In this document: positions 41,011 through 54,469 of the stretch, piece by piece | Numbering within the stretch: position 1 is the first letter of the stretch | Layout of the letters: every line of letters begins with the position of its first letter | Assembly: GCA_001600815.1 (NCBI GenBank) | Contig: BCKZ01000002.1 | Coordinates: 1,186,294-1,250,293, forward strand | Origin: Alloascoidea hylecoeti | Taxonomy: Eukaryota | Length of the DNA: 64,000 bases | Direction of reading: 5' to 3' | The notes under the pieces: model-generated | Database searches by the model: none | Told to the model about the DNA's origin: nothing | The model's input: only the letters and a program-made list of their open reading frames with translations | Translations under genes and position numbers: made by a program

Positions 41011-44000
41011 TCATTGGTCTCTAAACCCGTCTTTCAAAACCCATAATTTCGATTTATTATCCCAGTCCGATATCTGCTTTAACATCTGTCTGGCTGATGC
41101 AATATCTTGAGACTCATTGATAGGTATACCTATTCTTTGGACAATATCCTGTGAACTTGCTTTGAATCCGTCTTGTTGTGAGAGAAAATTTCTTAACTTT
41201 TCAATTATTTCTTTTTGAGACTCCATATTTATTGATCTAGAAAAATTTGCTGAACTGAACGATACTGCCGAATTACATGTATTTCCTTCTAATTCTCTCT
41301 TTTTACGAATATTTTCCAAAATAGAGGATGAAGACATATCATTGACTTGAGATTTCTTTCTACCAAATTTTCCAGCTGTTCCAAATCGACCCGTCCAAGT
41401 GGGTGTACCAATATTAGCTTTACGAGTTGCTTTTCTAGATGCCTTTAGCATTTCAGCAGCTTTCTGGGCTACTCTTACAGCTTCTTTTTCTATGAGAATT
41501 GTGTCAGGTCTAGAGGCAGTCATTACGGCGTCATGTTCTAAGGTGCTGTGTACCCCAGAATTTGCAAATAGTCCTTCCATTATTCTATCATCGTCACTCG
41601 ATTTGAGCTCTTTTGTAAATGATCCATCGTCATTTGCATGATAGTCCTGGATACTAGATACTCCTGCCATTTCAGCCACTTGATAGAAATCATCTGCATC
41701 TTTTTCATTCTTCTTAGGTTGAGAATTTAACATTACATCTTCTCCTAATCTAGTTTCAGTACCTTTGAACATAATCCCGGTTTCAGTTGAGCTTTCACCA
41801 TCACCTAAAGCAAACAAATTATGTAAGTCCGTCGTTTTGAAAAACCTTCGCTGCTTGGGATCTTTCAAAATCTTATTTGTCAGAAATTGTTTAAATATTT
41901 GACGATGATATATTTTTTCTTCAATACATCCTGCCGTCATTAATCGATATATTGTTACATCTTTCTTTTGACCCAATCTCCAAGCCCTTTCTCTAGCTTG
42001 CATATCTGTGGAAGGGTTCCAATCCGGATCAAAAATGATGACACGGTCAGCACCTGTTAAATTAATGCCCAATCCACCAACTTTGGTAGTTAATAGAAAC
42101 ACATGATAGTCCAGATTATTATTAAATGTATCAACAAGAGACTGTCGGTTTCCTATTGGGGTCGATCCGTCCATTCGTAAAAACTTTACACCCAATTTTG
42201 AAATAAAAGTTTCTAATATATCTAACATTTGCTTTGTCTGACTGAACAACAAAGTACGATGACCTTCTTGTACCCACAATTGAATCAAAGCTTTTATCAC
42301 CTGCATTTTACCTGATTTATTTGGGGCCCCATATGTATAACCAGGTTTAGTACGTAAAATATCCCGATTTACCAAATCTGGATGATTACATATCTTTCTT
42401 AAAATATCAATTCCATATAAAGCTTGTCTTTTACCATCTAAAATGGATTTTAATTCTTCCGACTTCAAAAAATCAATATATGCATCCCGTTGTTGTTTAG
42501 TAAGTTTACAAAAAAGAACCTTCTCACTTTTATGAGGTAGATCTGATGCAACATCAACTTTCATGCGTCTAAGTAAATATGGAGATATTAAGTCCCGTAA
42601 TATAATTGCACATTTATAGGCTGTCTGTACTTGAACATTTGTTGCGTTTGCGTACCCCCCGAGATTTATTGGTATCGAGAACTGAGACTTGAATACAGGT
42701 AACGTTCCCAATCTTCCTGGGAAAACAAAATCAAAAAGACTCCAAAGTTCAATTAAATTATTTTGAATGGGGGTACCAGATAAAATTATTCTATTCCAGG
42801 TCTTAACTTGTTTACAAATCAATGAAATATCAGCATTAGGGTTGCGAATGTTGTGACCCTCGTCTAGAACGCAATATCCCCACAATTGTGGTAATAAAAG
42901 ATCACCATATACCTTCAATCCAACATATGTAGTAATTAATACATGTCCTTATGTTTGAAATGTTAGTATTAATAATATAAATATAAAATAAGTTAGGATA
43001 CATACCATTTTCAAAAACTCTATCGACAATCGCTTTACCGTTTGAGCGTGTTTTTTTTCCATACTCGCTTCTTATTCTTTTAGTAGTTTTATCATTGGAT
43101 TCCAGTAGCTCGCCCTCATCCTCTAAGTCTATATCAATATTCTCACCATGCATTCCACTTCCAATTGAATGGAGAATGACGGTCCTGAAAGGGGGCCACC
43201 ATCGATGGAACTCATTTACCCATTGCCTCATGACCGTAGCTGGACATACAATCAAAACAGGTTTATCTAATTTCCCACTATGATGTAGACCAGCTAGAAA
43301 TGAAATGATTTGAATTGTCTTACCTAAACCCATTTCATCTCCTATAATTCCTCCAGCTTTCTGAGAATATAGTTCCCATAGCCATTGAATTCCTGTCTTT
43401 TGATATTCAAATAAGCTTTCATATACGTCACCCGGTACCTTATATTCATGATCTAATGTCGCATCTGGAATACTTGGATGTGGTTGTAACCACTCGTCAA
43501 TGGATTTGTCATCGTGATCAGAACTCATATTTAATTGTTCTAGTGGGGAAGAGTTTGTTCTCATACTTTGCCTTCTAGATATCCATTTTGATAATCGTAG
43601 TTGGTAAAATAATTCATCACCATCATCTGTTACTATCTCTTTCTTTTCAACTTTTTGTTTTTTGCTTCCTTTCTTTTTTGCTTTAGTTGTGAAAATTTCT
43701 GGGTCACTGTCTTCATTGTTTATAAATTCATCTTCACTTTCTGCGTCATACGACTGTTTGTATTCTTGCAAGTCTTGTTGATCATCGTCTTTCAACGTAT
43801 CTGAAGCCTTACTGTCTGTATTATTATCATCATTTATATGTTTACGTTTAATAACAATCGCTTCAGATTCATAACTTGGTACTGAACCTATAGTTATTGG
43901 ATTATTAATTTCTGGTATCCTCAAATTTTTATGGGATTTCTGCTCCTCTTGATGATAGTTCTCCCCATCAATACCAATTTGTTTAAAGCCTCTGGTAGAG

Positions 44001-44566
44001 GAGAATGGCGTGATTTTTCCTGTCCGTATTAGAAATGCTTGCTCTGTTTCATTTGGTAACTTATGCACCTTTGTACCTTTATCTTCTAAACTTATCGTAG
44101 CGGATTCCCGCTGAAAATTTCTTAATCGGCCCTCAACATCCTTAATATCTTTCAAAACGGTTCCTAAATCGTTGCTTTTTATATCTTCTACCTGCTTTCG
44201 TATGCTCTCTTTTTGACTGATTCTTGTATTTCTATTTTGTAACTTTGACTCTAGAGAACTTATCCTATCTGTTATTATGTTTTTCTGATTTGATAACTTT
44301 TCTAGACGTTTTCGATCAAGTACCATATCTCTATCCAGCATTTCCATGTTTAATTTCCTGGCAACATTTTCTTCTATAATATCTTGCGACATGAATCGTA
44401 CTCCTAGTTCTTCAAGCGTAGTTGCTCTTTCGTCAATTTCAGCCTCATTATTATAATCAGGACTATTCAAACTCTGATCTTGTTCTTTGTGTTCTCGAAT
44501 ATGAGGTTGAGCTATTCCTCTCATATCCTCTTCTCCTGAATTTAATGGGCTTTCGAGTTTTGACAT
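41011..44566 (-). CDS. RAD26: Transcription-coupled repair ATPase Rad26/CSB; exons 44566-43006 and 42947-41011
   Basis: [34 protein letters not shown] and PTWTG. Intron GTATGT..TACTAAC..AAG joins the two ORFs (ENG|HVLITTY). The start codon is uncertain. Confidence 0.93.
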
Positions 44567-45232
44567 TGCAACAAAGATTGAAGATAAAGATTTTTGTAAA
44601 ATATATTGATCATGATTTATTAGTCGATATATGATGCGTCTATGCAATGAAGTTACCCGGATGTATATATGCACTATAAAATTATATATGTATAGTGTTT
44701 TTTGAAAAGGAATATGTTTTAGAAAGTATTTTGTAAAGATATTGAAAAATATTTCGCTAATTTTAAAAATATTTTCTTTTTCTGTCAATTGTTAAATACC
44801 ATTTTCAAGAACGACCGAAATAAAGCTTTAAAAGGAACGAAAAACAAGTTGAAAACCAACGAAATAGGTTTTCTGGAACTACAAAACACAACTTTTTATT
44901 ATAATGCTATGCTACCACAAGCAAATCAGCAAAACTTTACAGGAAAAAGATGTACCGGTATTTGGAAAATTCGAAAACTTTTCAAATAATACAGCTGTTA
45001 TGGCACACAAGTTATAAAAAATTATGACAATTTCATTAATATTGTTTCTTCCAATAAAAGCATCAGGTAAAGCATAGGCTTTAGCTAAATATTAAATTAT
45101 TTATACAAATCATATTAGTTCATCACATTCTGAAAGAAAAGCGTGAGTCTCATTACCAAAGCTCATCAATCAAAAGTGATTGATAATATGTTCACAATCA
45201 TTAAACGCATTCATTAATAAATAAATAAATAG

Positions 45233-46454
45233 TTATTTGTTTTTCTTTTCCTCCTCTAATTTATCCTTTTCTTCTTGTAGTTGCTTTCTTTTTTCATAAA
45301 AATCCGAGATTACAGTTTCTGATTCAAAAGGACCATATTTTCTAAAGTCTTTAATAAGCTTGACTTTCTCCTGTTGGGTTAAAGATTCACTTGAGACTGT
45401 ATTGATATGTGTTTCGTAAATTACATCGAAATAATCTTGAGATAATAACAACTTATCAGAGGTTGCTAAAGTTTTCAAGGAATATTTATCATTTAAAGAA
45501 ACACCAAATCCTTCATCTGATTCAAGAAGAACACCAGCGTTGATGATTTTAGTTAGAGCGCCCATTCTACTAGCTTTCAAAAGACCACCAAGTTTTTTAA
45601 CTTTGTAATCTCTATGAGCTTCTCTCCATTCATCTAAAGTGGCACGTCTAACTCCAGTCCAACCAAGATTTACCAATATCTCACTACTCAGTTTAGCTTG
45701 TTTTTCTTTTATTTTCTTAAAGTTGAAAGAGGCCGGATTGATAATTCCTAGTCTAAATACCAGGTAAATCATGGCAATCTTAAAAACATGAAACGCGAAG
45801 AACAAAGATTGAGAAGTAAGAGATGATTCTGAGTTTAATTCATCTAATATAGATTTTGCCATTTCTTCTTGACCGTACCAGTGAACAGCAGTGCCAAATA
45901 AAAGAGTAAGCACATTAGTGAGACAAATTCCTGGTGTAGGTGAAATGAAATCAGGCAAATCAGTATATAACCAAGCAAACAATAAAAACAAGAACACAAG
46001 GTGACGTTGACTATTGAATTCCCAAAGTGGGACCACCAATTGACAGGGCCATAATTGCTCCCCAAATGATTTCTCATCATCTAACTTGGAGATAAATTTG
46101 TCTTCTGCTGATTCGTATGGAAATAAAATACCACCATCCGGAGTTAAAAATCCGGGGAACTTTGAAGCAGCAAATCCAACAGGCGTCTCATTGTAAAATA
46201 AGGATGGTCTTAAAGCAATCGGAAGAACATCGAAAATTTTGTACAAATTTTTAACAGGATCTGGAAGAATAAAAACAAATAATCATTAGTACTTGGTTAG
46301 CTTATATGAAACTTAAATACCGGTACATACCGGCTTTCTTCAGAAAAAAACAGTAATCTTTTTCAAAATCATCGTTCATACGAACAAATACGTCCATTGC
46401 TGGCTCATCCAAGCTGATGATGACAGGTTCCTTTTTTTCCTGCTGTTCTGTCAT
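45233..46454 (-). CDS. GSF2: ER membrane glucose signalling factor 2; exons 46454-46331 and 46260-45233
   Basis: MDVFVRMNDDFEKDYCF, LRPSLF, QLWPCQLVVP and WLYTDLPDFISPTPGICLTN. Confidence 0.9.
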
Positions 46455-47026
46455 TATACGTTTCCTGAATGACAAGGAAAGTAACTGAATTTTATACTTA
46501 AGCAGTATATCTAAGTGCGGGTAAATTTCAGAACGACAGACCACTTTCTCCCCCTTTGTCTCTGTCTCTAAAAGGAAATATGTTTAAAAAAGTTGTAGTT
46601 ACAATTTTTATACAAAATTTGCTGTGGGAAGGTAGAAGTTATGGCTCCTTTGTTATTCAACTATTAGCCACATCCTTGATCTATAATGACAAAAAAGGAG
46701 TAACTTTAGTGTAAAGTATTTCTGGATATGGTATTACTTTTAATTGTATTGTTATTATAGCTACTCACAACATCATACCTGCAATTGAGGTTGAGCACAA
46801 CCATTAAACATAGTTAAACCACCATATATAGCCTGTAGTTCTCCCCTCTCTGTACTAGTAAACGTTGAAATGTGAAGCTTTTTATAAATTTAGAGAATTG
46901 AACTTCTCTTCATGATCAGATTTAAGATTTTGCAAATTATTATGAAGATGTAATGTTGTAGAAAATTAAACTTATCAAAAACAAAAAACAATAAACAAAT
47001 TTAAAATATATGAATTTTTCCATAAT

Positions 47027-50000
47027 ATGGTGTTTGGTCTTTATTCTCTAAATGTGCAACGTCCACAAATCACTCAGTCAATTGCAGGCTACTTTTCCAG
47101 TCCCAAATCTCAAGAAATATTGGTTGCACGAGGCTCTTGTCTTGAGCTCTATCGTTTCAACACCGACACTGAAAAGTTGGAATCCATGCTAGTTCATGAT
47201 TGTTTTGCAATAATAAGAGCTATTTCTTCCTTCAGAATAGAAAAGGCAAGTAAAGAACATATAATTGTAGCGTCAGACTCGGGGATTATTGTGGTCCTCG
47301 ATTATGATAAAGATAAGAATTGTTTTAATCAAATTCACGCAGAACCATACGGAAAGACAGGATTACGAAGGCTTGTACCTGGTCAGTATTTAGCAGTCGA
47401 GTCAAAGGGAAGAGCCGCATTAATTGCTTCGATTGAAAGAAATAAACTAGTGTATGTGCTGAACAGAGATTCAAAAAATAAGATTACAATTTCAAGTCCC
47501 CTGGAAGCCCATAAGTCCAAAACTCTGGTATTTAACGTTATTGGATTAGATGTCGATTATGAAAATCCTATATTCGCAGCATTAGAGGTGGATTATTCCG
47601 AGGCCGAATCAGATCCTACAGGAAGAGCTTATGATGAAGTCCAGAAAGTGCTAACATATTATGAACTAGATCTTGGCCTAAATCACGTTATTCGAAAATG
47701 GACTACTGAGGTTGATAGAGAATCAAATTTTATAATAGCTGTTCCTGGTGGTTCAGATGGTCCTTCAGGTGTGATAGTTGGTTCGAAAAATTTCATTACT
47801 TACCATCATAAAGAGTGTACACCGATATCAGTTCCAATACCAAAAAGGACAAACTGTAAAGATGACATATCAATTATTACAGGAGTGGTTCATATTATAA
47901 AAGTAAAAGAATTAACTACATTCTTTTTCTTATTACAAACTGAATCTGGTGATATTTTTAAATTGACAATAAATACCGATAATCAAGGTCGGGTTCAACG
48001 TTTAACATTAAAATATTTCGATACTATATCAGAATGTTCGTCTATCAATATTTTAAGATCAGGATTCTTATTCGCTGCTGCACAAAATGGAAATGCTCAC
48101 TTCTATCGATTTATCGCTCTTGGTGATGACGATGATACTATAACCTTAACTAGTGATGACTTTAAGCAATATACACCGAAAGATTTCCCAACTAGCTATT
48201 TCAATCCAAGACCTTTGTTCAATTTAGATGATGATCAAGAGATAACTCAGTTAAATCCATTATTAGATGCAAAAGTTATGACATTAGAAGATGGGGGTGT
48301 GCCACAACTATTCACAGCCTCAGGACAAAAAAATAAGGCTTCACTTATAATTACTGAAAATGGATTAAGAGTAAATGAGGTAGTTTCAACAGATCTTCCC
48401 GGATTACCTTTAACAGTTTGGACAACCAAGTTATCAATCACAGATGAATTCGACAAATATATCGTTTTATCATTTTCAAATGGAACTTTAGTCTTATCAA
48501 TTGGTGAAAGTGTAGAAGAGGTCACAGACTCTGGCTTGTTAACCAGTGTTTCAACTGTTGCCATTCATTTGTTAGGTGATAATAATCTAGTTCAAATTCA
48601 TCAATCTGGAATCAGACATATTTCTGCGGAGAAAACTATAACTGAGTGGAATGTTCCAAGAGGTAAAGTAATTGTAGCAGCTACTGCAAACAATTCACAA
48701 GTCGCAATTGCTTTATCAAATAAAGAAATCGTGTATTTTGAAATCGATGATGAAGGTCAACTAAATGAATATGATGAGAGAAAAGAAATGGATGGGTTCA
48801 TTACTTGTATGTCTTTGGGAGATGTTCCTAAAGGTAGGTTGAGAAATCCTTTCTTAGCTGTAGGCTGTGATGACCAGACAATCACTATCTTGTCTGTCGA
48901 CACTGATACCACGCTAGAGGTTTTATCAGTTCAAGCATTATCGACGAGACCTAGTGACATCAGAATAATGTCTATGATAGATTCAACAACAGCATCCCAT
49001 AAAACCTCCACCTCATATGCTCACATTGGTATGGTCAATGGTGTCTATATAAGGGCAATGTTAGATAAAATAACTGGGGAGTTATCTGATATTAGAACAA
49101 GATTACTTGGGACAAAACCAGTCAGATTATCAAAGGTTACACTGTTTGGCCAAGATTGTATACTAGCATTATCAACAAAATCGTGGTTAGGATATACACA
49201 TTTAGACTCTTTCCACATATCGGCAATGGACCAAACACCGTTAGAATTTGGATCAAGTTTTGTTAGTGAAGAATGCCCCGAAGGGATAGTAGGCATCGAT
49301 GAAACAAACTTAAGAATTATAACAGTTGATAGTATTTCAGAAAATGCTAAAACGGATGTTATATCTTTACGTTATACGCCTCGGAGGTTTGTAAAATCAG
49401 ACCAAACATCTCTACTTTATGTGGCAGAAACAGATAAGAACATAGCTTCACCATACCAAACCGAAATTCCAGAAGACTCTGTTAAAGAAGTAGAAGAAGC
49501 AATCAAACAATTTGGCTATGTTAAACAATTAGGAAATTGTGCATCTTGTGTCGAAATTATTGATCCCATTTCTAAAGAAATCACAAATAGCATTGAATTA
49601 GACAAAGGGGAATCCGTAGCAAGTATTACTGAGTGTCGTTTTATCTCAAGATCGAAGTTTTTTCTGGCAGTTGGAATATTCAAAAATCAAAAAATTGGCA
49701 CAGGTGAATGCGAGGCAGCATATATTAATCTCTACAAGTATGTTGATGGTGGAAGACAACTTGAATTAGTATATAGAACAAATCTAGAATCTATACCATC
49801 AGCAATGATTGAGTTCCAAGGGAAACTATTGGTCGCTATTGGTAACAAATTAAGATTATATGATATGGGCCAGAAACAATTGTTACGAAAAGCTGAGGGT
49901 AGACTGAAATTAAAGACAATTGTAAAATTGGACACTGAAGGGTTTAGAATTGTTGTTGGAGATATCAAAGATTCTGTGACGTATGTAGTTTATAAACCTA

Positions 50001-50605
50001 AGGAAAATTCATTTATTCCTTTTGCAGATGATGTCATTTCAAGGCATACAACGGCTTTGATGATGCTAGACTATGAAACTGTTGTGGGAGGCGATAAATT
50101 TGGAAATATTTGGATTCTTAGATGTCCTCAAAAGGTCTCAGAAGCATCGGATGAAGATGATCATGGAACTACTATACTTAACAGAAATAGTATTGTTGAA
50201 GGCTGTCCAGATAAGTTAGACGTTATTGCACACTTCTACGTTAATGATATTCCAACTTCGTTTTCTAAAATGCCATTGGTTCTTAATGGAGTGGATACAA
50301 TTACTTACACTGGTTTGCAGGGGACAGTTGGTGCTCTTATTCCTTTCAGAACATCTGATGATGTGGAACTTTTCAGACAGTTGGAATCGCAAATGAGAGT
50401 ACATGACCCACCACTCACAGGACGTGACCACTTAATTTATAGAGGTTATTACGTTCCTGTTAAAAATGTCGTTGATGGAGATCTCTGTGAAAGATTTTCT
50501 GCTCTACCTAGAGAAAAACAGCATCTTATTGCCAAGGAACTAGAAAGGTCTATTAAAGATCTTGAAAAAGCTATTAGTGAGATGAGAACAAGATCTGTTT
50601 ATTAG
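47027..50605 (+). CDS. RSE1: U2 snRNP SF3b subunit Rse1/SF3B3
   Basis: 1192 aa with YGKTGLRRLVPGQYLA, YYELDLGLNHV, GGDKFGN and YYVPVKNVVDGDLCE. Confidence 0.96.
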   Translation: MVFGLYSLNVQRPQITQSIAGYFSSPKSQEILVARGSCLELYRFNTDTEKLESMLVHDCFAIIRAISSFRIEKASKEHIIVASDSGIIVVLDYDKDKNCFNQIHAEPYGKTGLRRLVPGQYLAVESKGRAALIASIERNKLVYVLNRDSKNKITISSPLEAHKSKTLVFNVIGLDVDYENPIFAALEVDYSEAESDPTGRAYDEVQKVLTYYELDLGLNHVIRKWTTEVDRESNFIIAVPGGSDGPSGVIVGSKNFITYHHKECTPISVPIPKRTNCKDDISIITGVVHIIKVKELTTFFFLLQTESGDIFKLTINTDNQGRVQRLTLKYFDTISECSSINILRSGFLFAAAQNGNAHFYRFIALGDDDDTITLTSDDFKQYTPKDFPTSYFNPRPLFNLDDDQEITQLNPLLDAKVMTLEDGGVPQLFTASGQKNKASLIITENGLRVNEVVSTDLPGLPLTVWTTKLSITDEFDKYIVLSFSNGTLVLSIGESVEEVTDSGLLTSVSTVAIHLLGDNNLVQIHQSGIRHISAEKTITEWNVPRGKVIVAATANNSQVAIALSNKEIVYFEIDDEGQLNEYDERKEMDGFITCMSLGDVPKGRLRNPFLAVGCDDQTITILSVDTDTTLEVLSVQALSTRPSDIRIMSMIDSTTASHKTSTSYAHIGMVNGVYIRAMLDKITGELSDIRTRLLGTKPVRLSKVTLFGQDCILALSTKSWLGYTHLDSFHISAMDQTPLEFGSSFVSEECPEGIVGIDETNLRIITVDSISENAKTDVISLRYTPRRFVKSDQTSLLYVAETDKNIASPYQTEIPEDSVKEVEEAIKQFGYVKQLGNCASCVEIIDPISKEITNSIELDKGESVASITECRFISRSKFFLAVGIFKNQKIGTGECEAAYINLYKYVDGGRQLELVYRTNLESIPSAMIEFQGKLLVAIGNKLRLYDMGQKQLLRKAEGRLKLKTIVKLDTEGFRIVVGDIKDSVTYVVYKPKENSFIPFADDVISRHTTALMMLDYETVVGGDKFGNIWILRCPQKVSEASDEDDHGTTILNRNSIVEGCPDKLDVIAHFYVNDIPTSFSKMPLVLNGVDTITYTGLQGTVGALIPFRTSDDVELFRQLESQMRVHDPPLTGRDHLIYRGYYVPVKNVVDGDLCERFSALPREKQHLIAKELERSIKDLEKAISEMRTRSVY

Positions 50606-50736
50606 TATTTGAGTTGCAATGAACCCATTATATATACATTTTTATAATAATGCCTTATTTATCGATAAACAACTGTTAATATCCAATAGTAATATAGGAT
50701 AATACATTAAAATTAGTTAATTATGATCAACTTTAA

Positions 50737-51850
50737 TCAGGATTTGTTACCACGATATAATTCTTCGATTATGCGACCCTTCTGGACAGTTTCTGATATA
50801 ATTCCTTGGACATGTTCAGGCCTAACACGGCCATACCATATACTTTCCCCGGATTTATCAATATAGATCACATTTCCAGCATACTATTCAATGATATGAG
50901 TTAATGAAATATGTATGAATATAGATAGAAAATACTTACGGCATGACCACCAATATGTGATACAGTTCCAACTTTAATGCCAGATGGATTTTTATCTGCA
51001 TCAAATATTAGCCCTTCCTTTTTCAGTATATGCTTAAATTCCTCAATGATTGGTGGTGCAAGAAGACCACACCTGATATCTCGACTTTTATGGCCACACA
51101 CCAATATAATAGGATTCTTATTTTCAATTGGTTTAAATAAGGCTTCTGCTTTTGATCTTTCTTCTTCTGTAAGATCACAAGAGTCTTTCGGGTTTAGGTA
51201 CGCTTTCATAAATAAAAGAATAGAATCTTGAGGAATATCGCTAAATTCCTCATTAGTTGGGATTAATAGTGCTGAATATGATTTTTTAGCTGTTGCAATT
51301 GAAGGAAGATCTGAATTTGTAACTAATATAGGGAACATTGGCTGCCATATTTCGTTAATAAAGAATTAAAAGATATAAATCATGTATATGCTATAGTTAT
51401 ATATTCATTACTTACATTTAAAATTTTCCGTCTGATCATTCCGATTTCTGAAGCCATGGATTCTGGTTGGAGATCTATTTTGCTAGACCATTCTATAACC
51501 GTTTATAATATGTTAATATGAAATCATTTAGAAGTTACCAAAGTTACGAATCCAAATTAGAGCATACCATAGCCTTGCTGTCCTGTATAAATAATTAGAT
51601 GTCTATAGCTAACTCCAGCGGTCCCTCGTAACTGTTTTGTGAAATCTAAAGGCTTCTTTTCTGGGATTTTGGGCATGCAATATGTGCAACCAGTGTCAAG
51701 AGTTGGAGGTGGACATTTTTCAACAAAAGTATAGTGTGATCGATGGGAAGTTAACACTTTGAAGTACCTGGGATTATAATAAGAAAATTTTAGGAGGTTT
51801 GGAATTTTCTGATATTCATGAGGTTTGATTGGGAAGCGAGGAACAATCAT
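50737..51850 (-). CDS. AIM32: Thioredoxin-like 2Fe-2S ferredoxin, Aim32/Apd1 family; exons 51850-51568, 51492-51416, 51341-50940, 50883-50737
   Basis: CGHKSRDIRCG and HIGGHA|YAGNVI..WYGRV motifs. Adjacent to RSE1-GSF2 as in S. cerevisiae (recalled). The start codon is uncertain. Confidence 0.8.
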
Positions 51851-51968
51851 TAAGGCCCATATATCTATTATAATTTCTCTTTGTATCTCTCTTATTGGTG
51901 GATGGGTGTTTTGAGTAAGCTCATCAATTTTCAACCTTGTTTCTTCCTAAAATTTTAAGATATTCACA

Positions 51969-52558
51969 TTGTTGCTTGGTACCTGTAAAGTCTGTGGCGA
52001 AGCACCTGCTAAATACAGGTGCTCAAAAACTAAAACACCATAGTATGACTTTTCTAAATTATATTATGCAGTGAGGTTTAATCCATTAACTATAAAGTTC
52101 AATTTAGTTGCTCAGTAACATGTTATAAGATTCTTCAAGCTCAGATTGCAGATGGAACATTTACAGCTAAAGAAGATACAAACACCAATGACAAGCTCGA
52201 ACCGGGTAATGATATTCTTGATGTGAAAAATGATATAAATTTCTCCAACGTTACATTAATTATAAAAGATGAACCTGCAACACAACAAAAAGAAATAATT
52301 AAAGATGAAAACCCACTGATAACCAAGATCGTAAACGACGAAAAAATTCGCTACTATCTCCAGTATCCAGGTTTACAATTTCATCTTGCTACAATCTATA
52401 GATTTCTCGTTGATCCTCAAGCTGCTGGTGAAGTAACTGATGAAGCAAGACGAGCAATTGCTTTAAAAAAATTAAAAGAATTAAGAATCGGTGGTGATGA
52501 ACAGAATGAATTAATAGAGGAATTTTGTCAAAGAATACTAGAATTACTCGAGTCTTGA
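51969..52558 (+). CDS. HIT1: Box C/D snoRNP assembly factor Hit1 (zf-HIT); intron 52043-52107; start codon unresolved
   Basis: CKVCGEAPAKYRCSKTKTPY|CSVTCYK and a C-terminal QFHLATIY..LRIGG..NELIEEFCQ segment. Confidence 0.8.
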
Positions 52559-52686
52559 TTACACTCAAAACCCAGTTTGCATGATTGATATTTAATAGCT
52601 AATTAATTTAAAGGGAGTTAAGAAAAAGTATTGATGCATATACTTTTGTTGATATTAAATCATCCGATCCTAAAAATCCAAGTTCA

Positions 52687-54002
52687 TTAAAGATTTATCT
52701 CTCCACCCCAGACATTCTTCTTAATACCCCTAACTCCAGGTATTTTAACCCTAAATATTTCACCACCTTTATCGACCTCTCCAATTTCGGGATATATGTA
52801 AGATTCATCTGCATGACGTAAATTGGCTGATGTGACGAACAGTTCATCCATATCAGGACCACCAAAAGTTGGGCAAGAAATGCATTTGGCTGGGAAATGA
52901 TACTCTTCTAATAATTCACCTGTAGGACCATACCTCTGAACTCTAGAAGTACTCCAAACAGCAGTCCAGATACTTCCATCAGTTGTCATTGTAAATCCGT
53001 CAGGCTCGGCTGTTTGAATTTAAGTTAGTCAAGTATAATGCTATTTGGTACTTAGGATGATATTTTCTAAAACTTACGGCTATCAAATTCTCTAAGAGAT
53101 TCCTTCACGTTAATGTAAGGTTGTCTATTAGAAAGTGTACCCTTTTCCTCATCAAAATCATAAGCCCAGATAGTAAATGTCAGAGAGTTGGTATGATACA
53201 TGGTTTTTCCATCCGGAGACCAGCCAATTCCATTAGGTATAGTCAAATCTTCTAGTACTACTTCAACCGATCCATCAGGATCAAATCTGTACAACTTCCC
53301 TGTAATTTCATCATTAGGATATTTTTCAATTGAAATATATACCACTAATAAAGCTTTACTTTCACTTACCGTTTGGACCTAGATCAGCATGGAAACTACA
53401 AATACATGGTCAGTCAAATATAATATGAGCATTAATCACAGGCACTTACTCGTTCATTGATCCCAGGAAAAAGCGTCCCTTGGAATCAATTGCACCATCA
53501 TTGAATCTCATTTCGCTAGGGAAGGGAATTTAAAAATTAGTATTGATCAATTATAATAATGTGTAGTGTCAATTGAAAAATGCTTACTCTTTGTCCTTCT
53601 CTGATACGTGTACTTTATTAAGATATTCAAATCCCCCTATTCTTCTATTGATTTTAGCTAGTCCATATTTACAACCAATAATTAACTTTTCAGGGTTTGT
53701 TGTAAAACCAATAGCACCGACAACATCTGGGGTATTAACAACTAAATGTGTTTTTTCAATACCTTTGATCTCATCTTCTGTATATTCTAGTGGAGACAAA
53801 GTAGTAGATGGAAGTATTACAGTATGAATCTTTTTTCCAATGATATCAATCCAAGAAAGAGAATTGTCAGCTGAGTTATAGGAAGGACCTTCAGAAAGTC
53901 GCCCATGATATTGAAGAAACGGCTAATTGTAATCAGTTAGTAGATATAGATAAAATATACCAGATAATTACTTACTTTTTCAATTATTGTCACTTTTACC
54001 AT
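52687..54002 (-). CDS. Regucalcin/SMP-30/gluconolactonase family; exons 54002-53976, 53922-53588, 53515-53450, 53395-53370, 53299-53078, 53009-52687
   Basis: LSEGP, MRFNDGAIDSKGRFFLGSM, IPNGIGWSPDGK, PEPDG and CPTFGGPDMDELFVTSA. Confidence 0.9.
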
Positions 54003-54469
54003 TGCTGTAACCTTCTTGATATATTTTTTTATGAAAGGTCATATATATAATTATAAGGAAAAGGGGAATACCTGAGAATCAAACTTATTTCTGCAACACC
54101 GGCTTATATTTCCGTCCCAATTTCCAAGGTTTATGTAATATGTCCTTGTTCTTGCTTTGTTAGATTCTCTCACGTGGTGCGGCGTTTCGTTTTATTCTTT
54201 ATAATTCGTCGGTTAGATCAAAAATATTCGTTAATGTAGAAGCATACATTATTCATTGTATGTAACACAAAAGCTTCCTCAAGTTTTGAAGAATCGGTAG
54301 TATATTTGCAAGTGATAGTTAGTAATTATATACAATGTTGGTTATTTACGGAATATGTTAACAGATTGATAAATCTTATATCTCTCTGTAAAAAAGACAT
54401 CTTTCAAATTTGCGATTTCAATTGATTTATAATTATATCTGGATATAGCCTGAAACTGTTCAAGGACAA

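Noticed and set aside
41011..44788. RAD26, ARO1, MDE1 and others split into separate ORFs as possible pseudogenes or frameshifts
   Set aside because: Each break is resolved in frame by a GT-AG intron with a plausible branch site.
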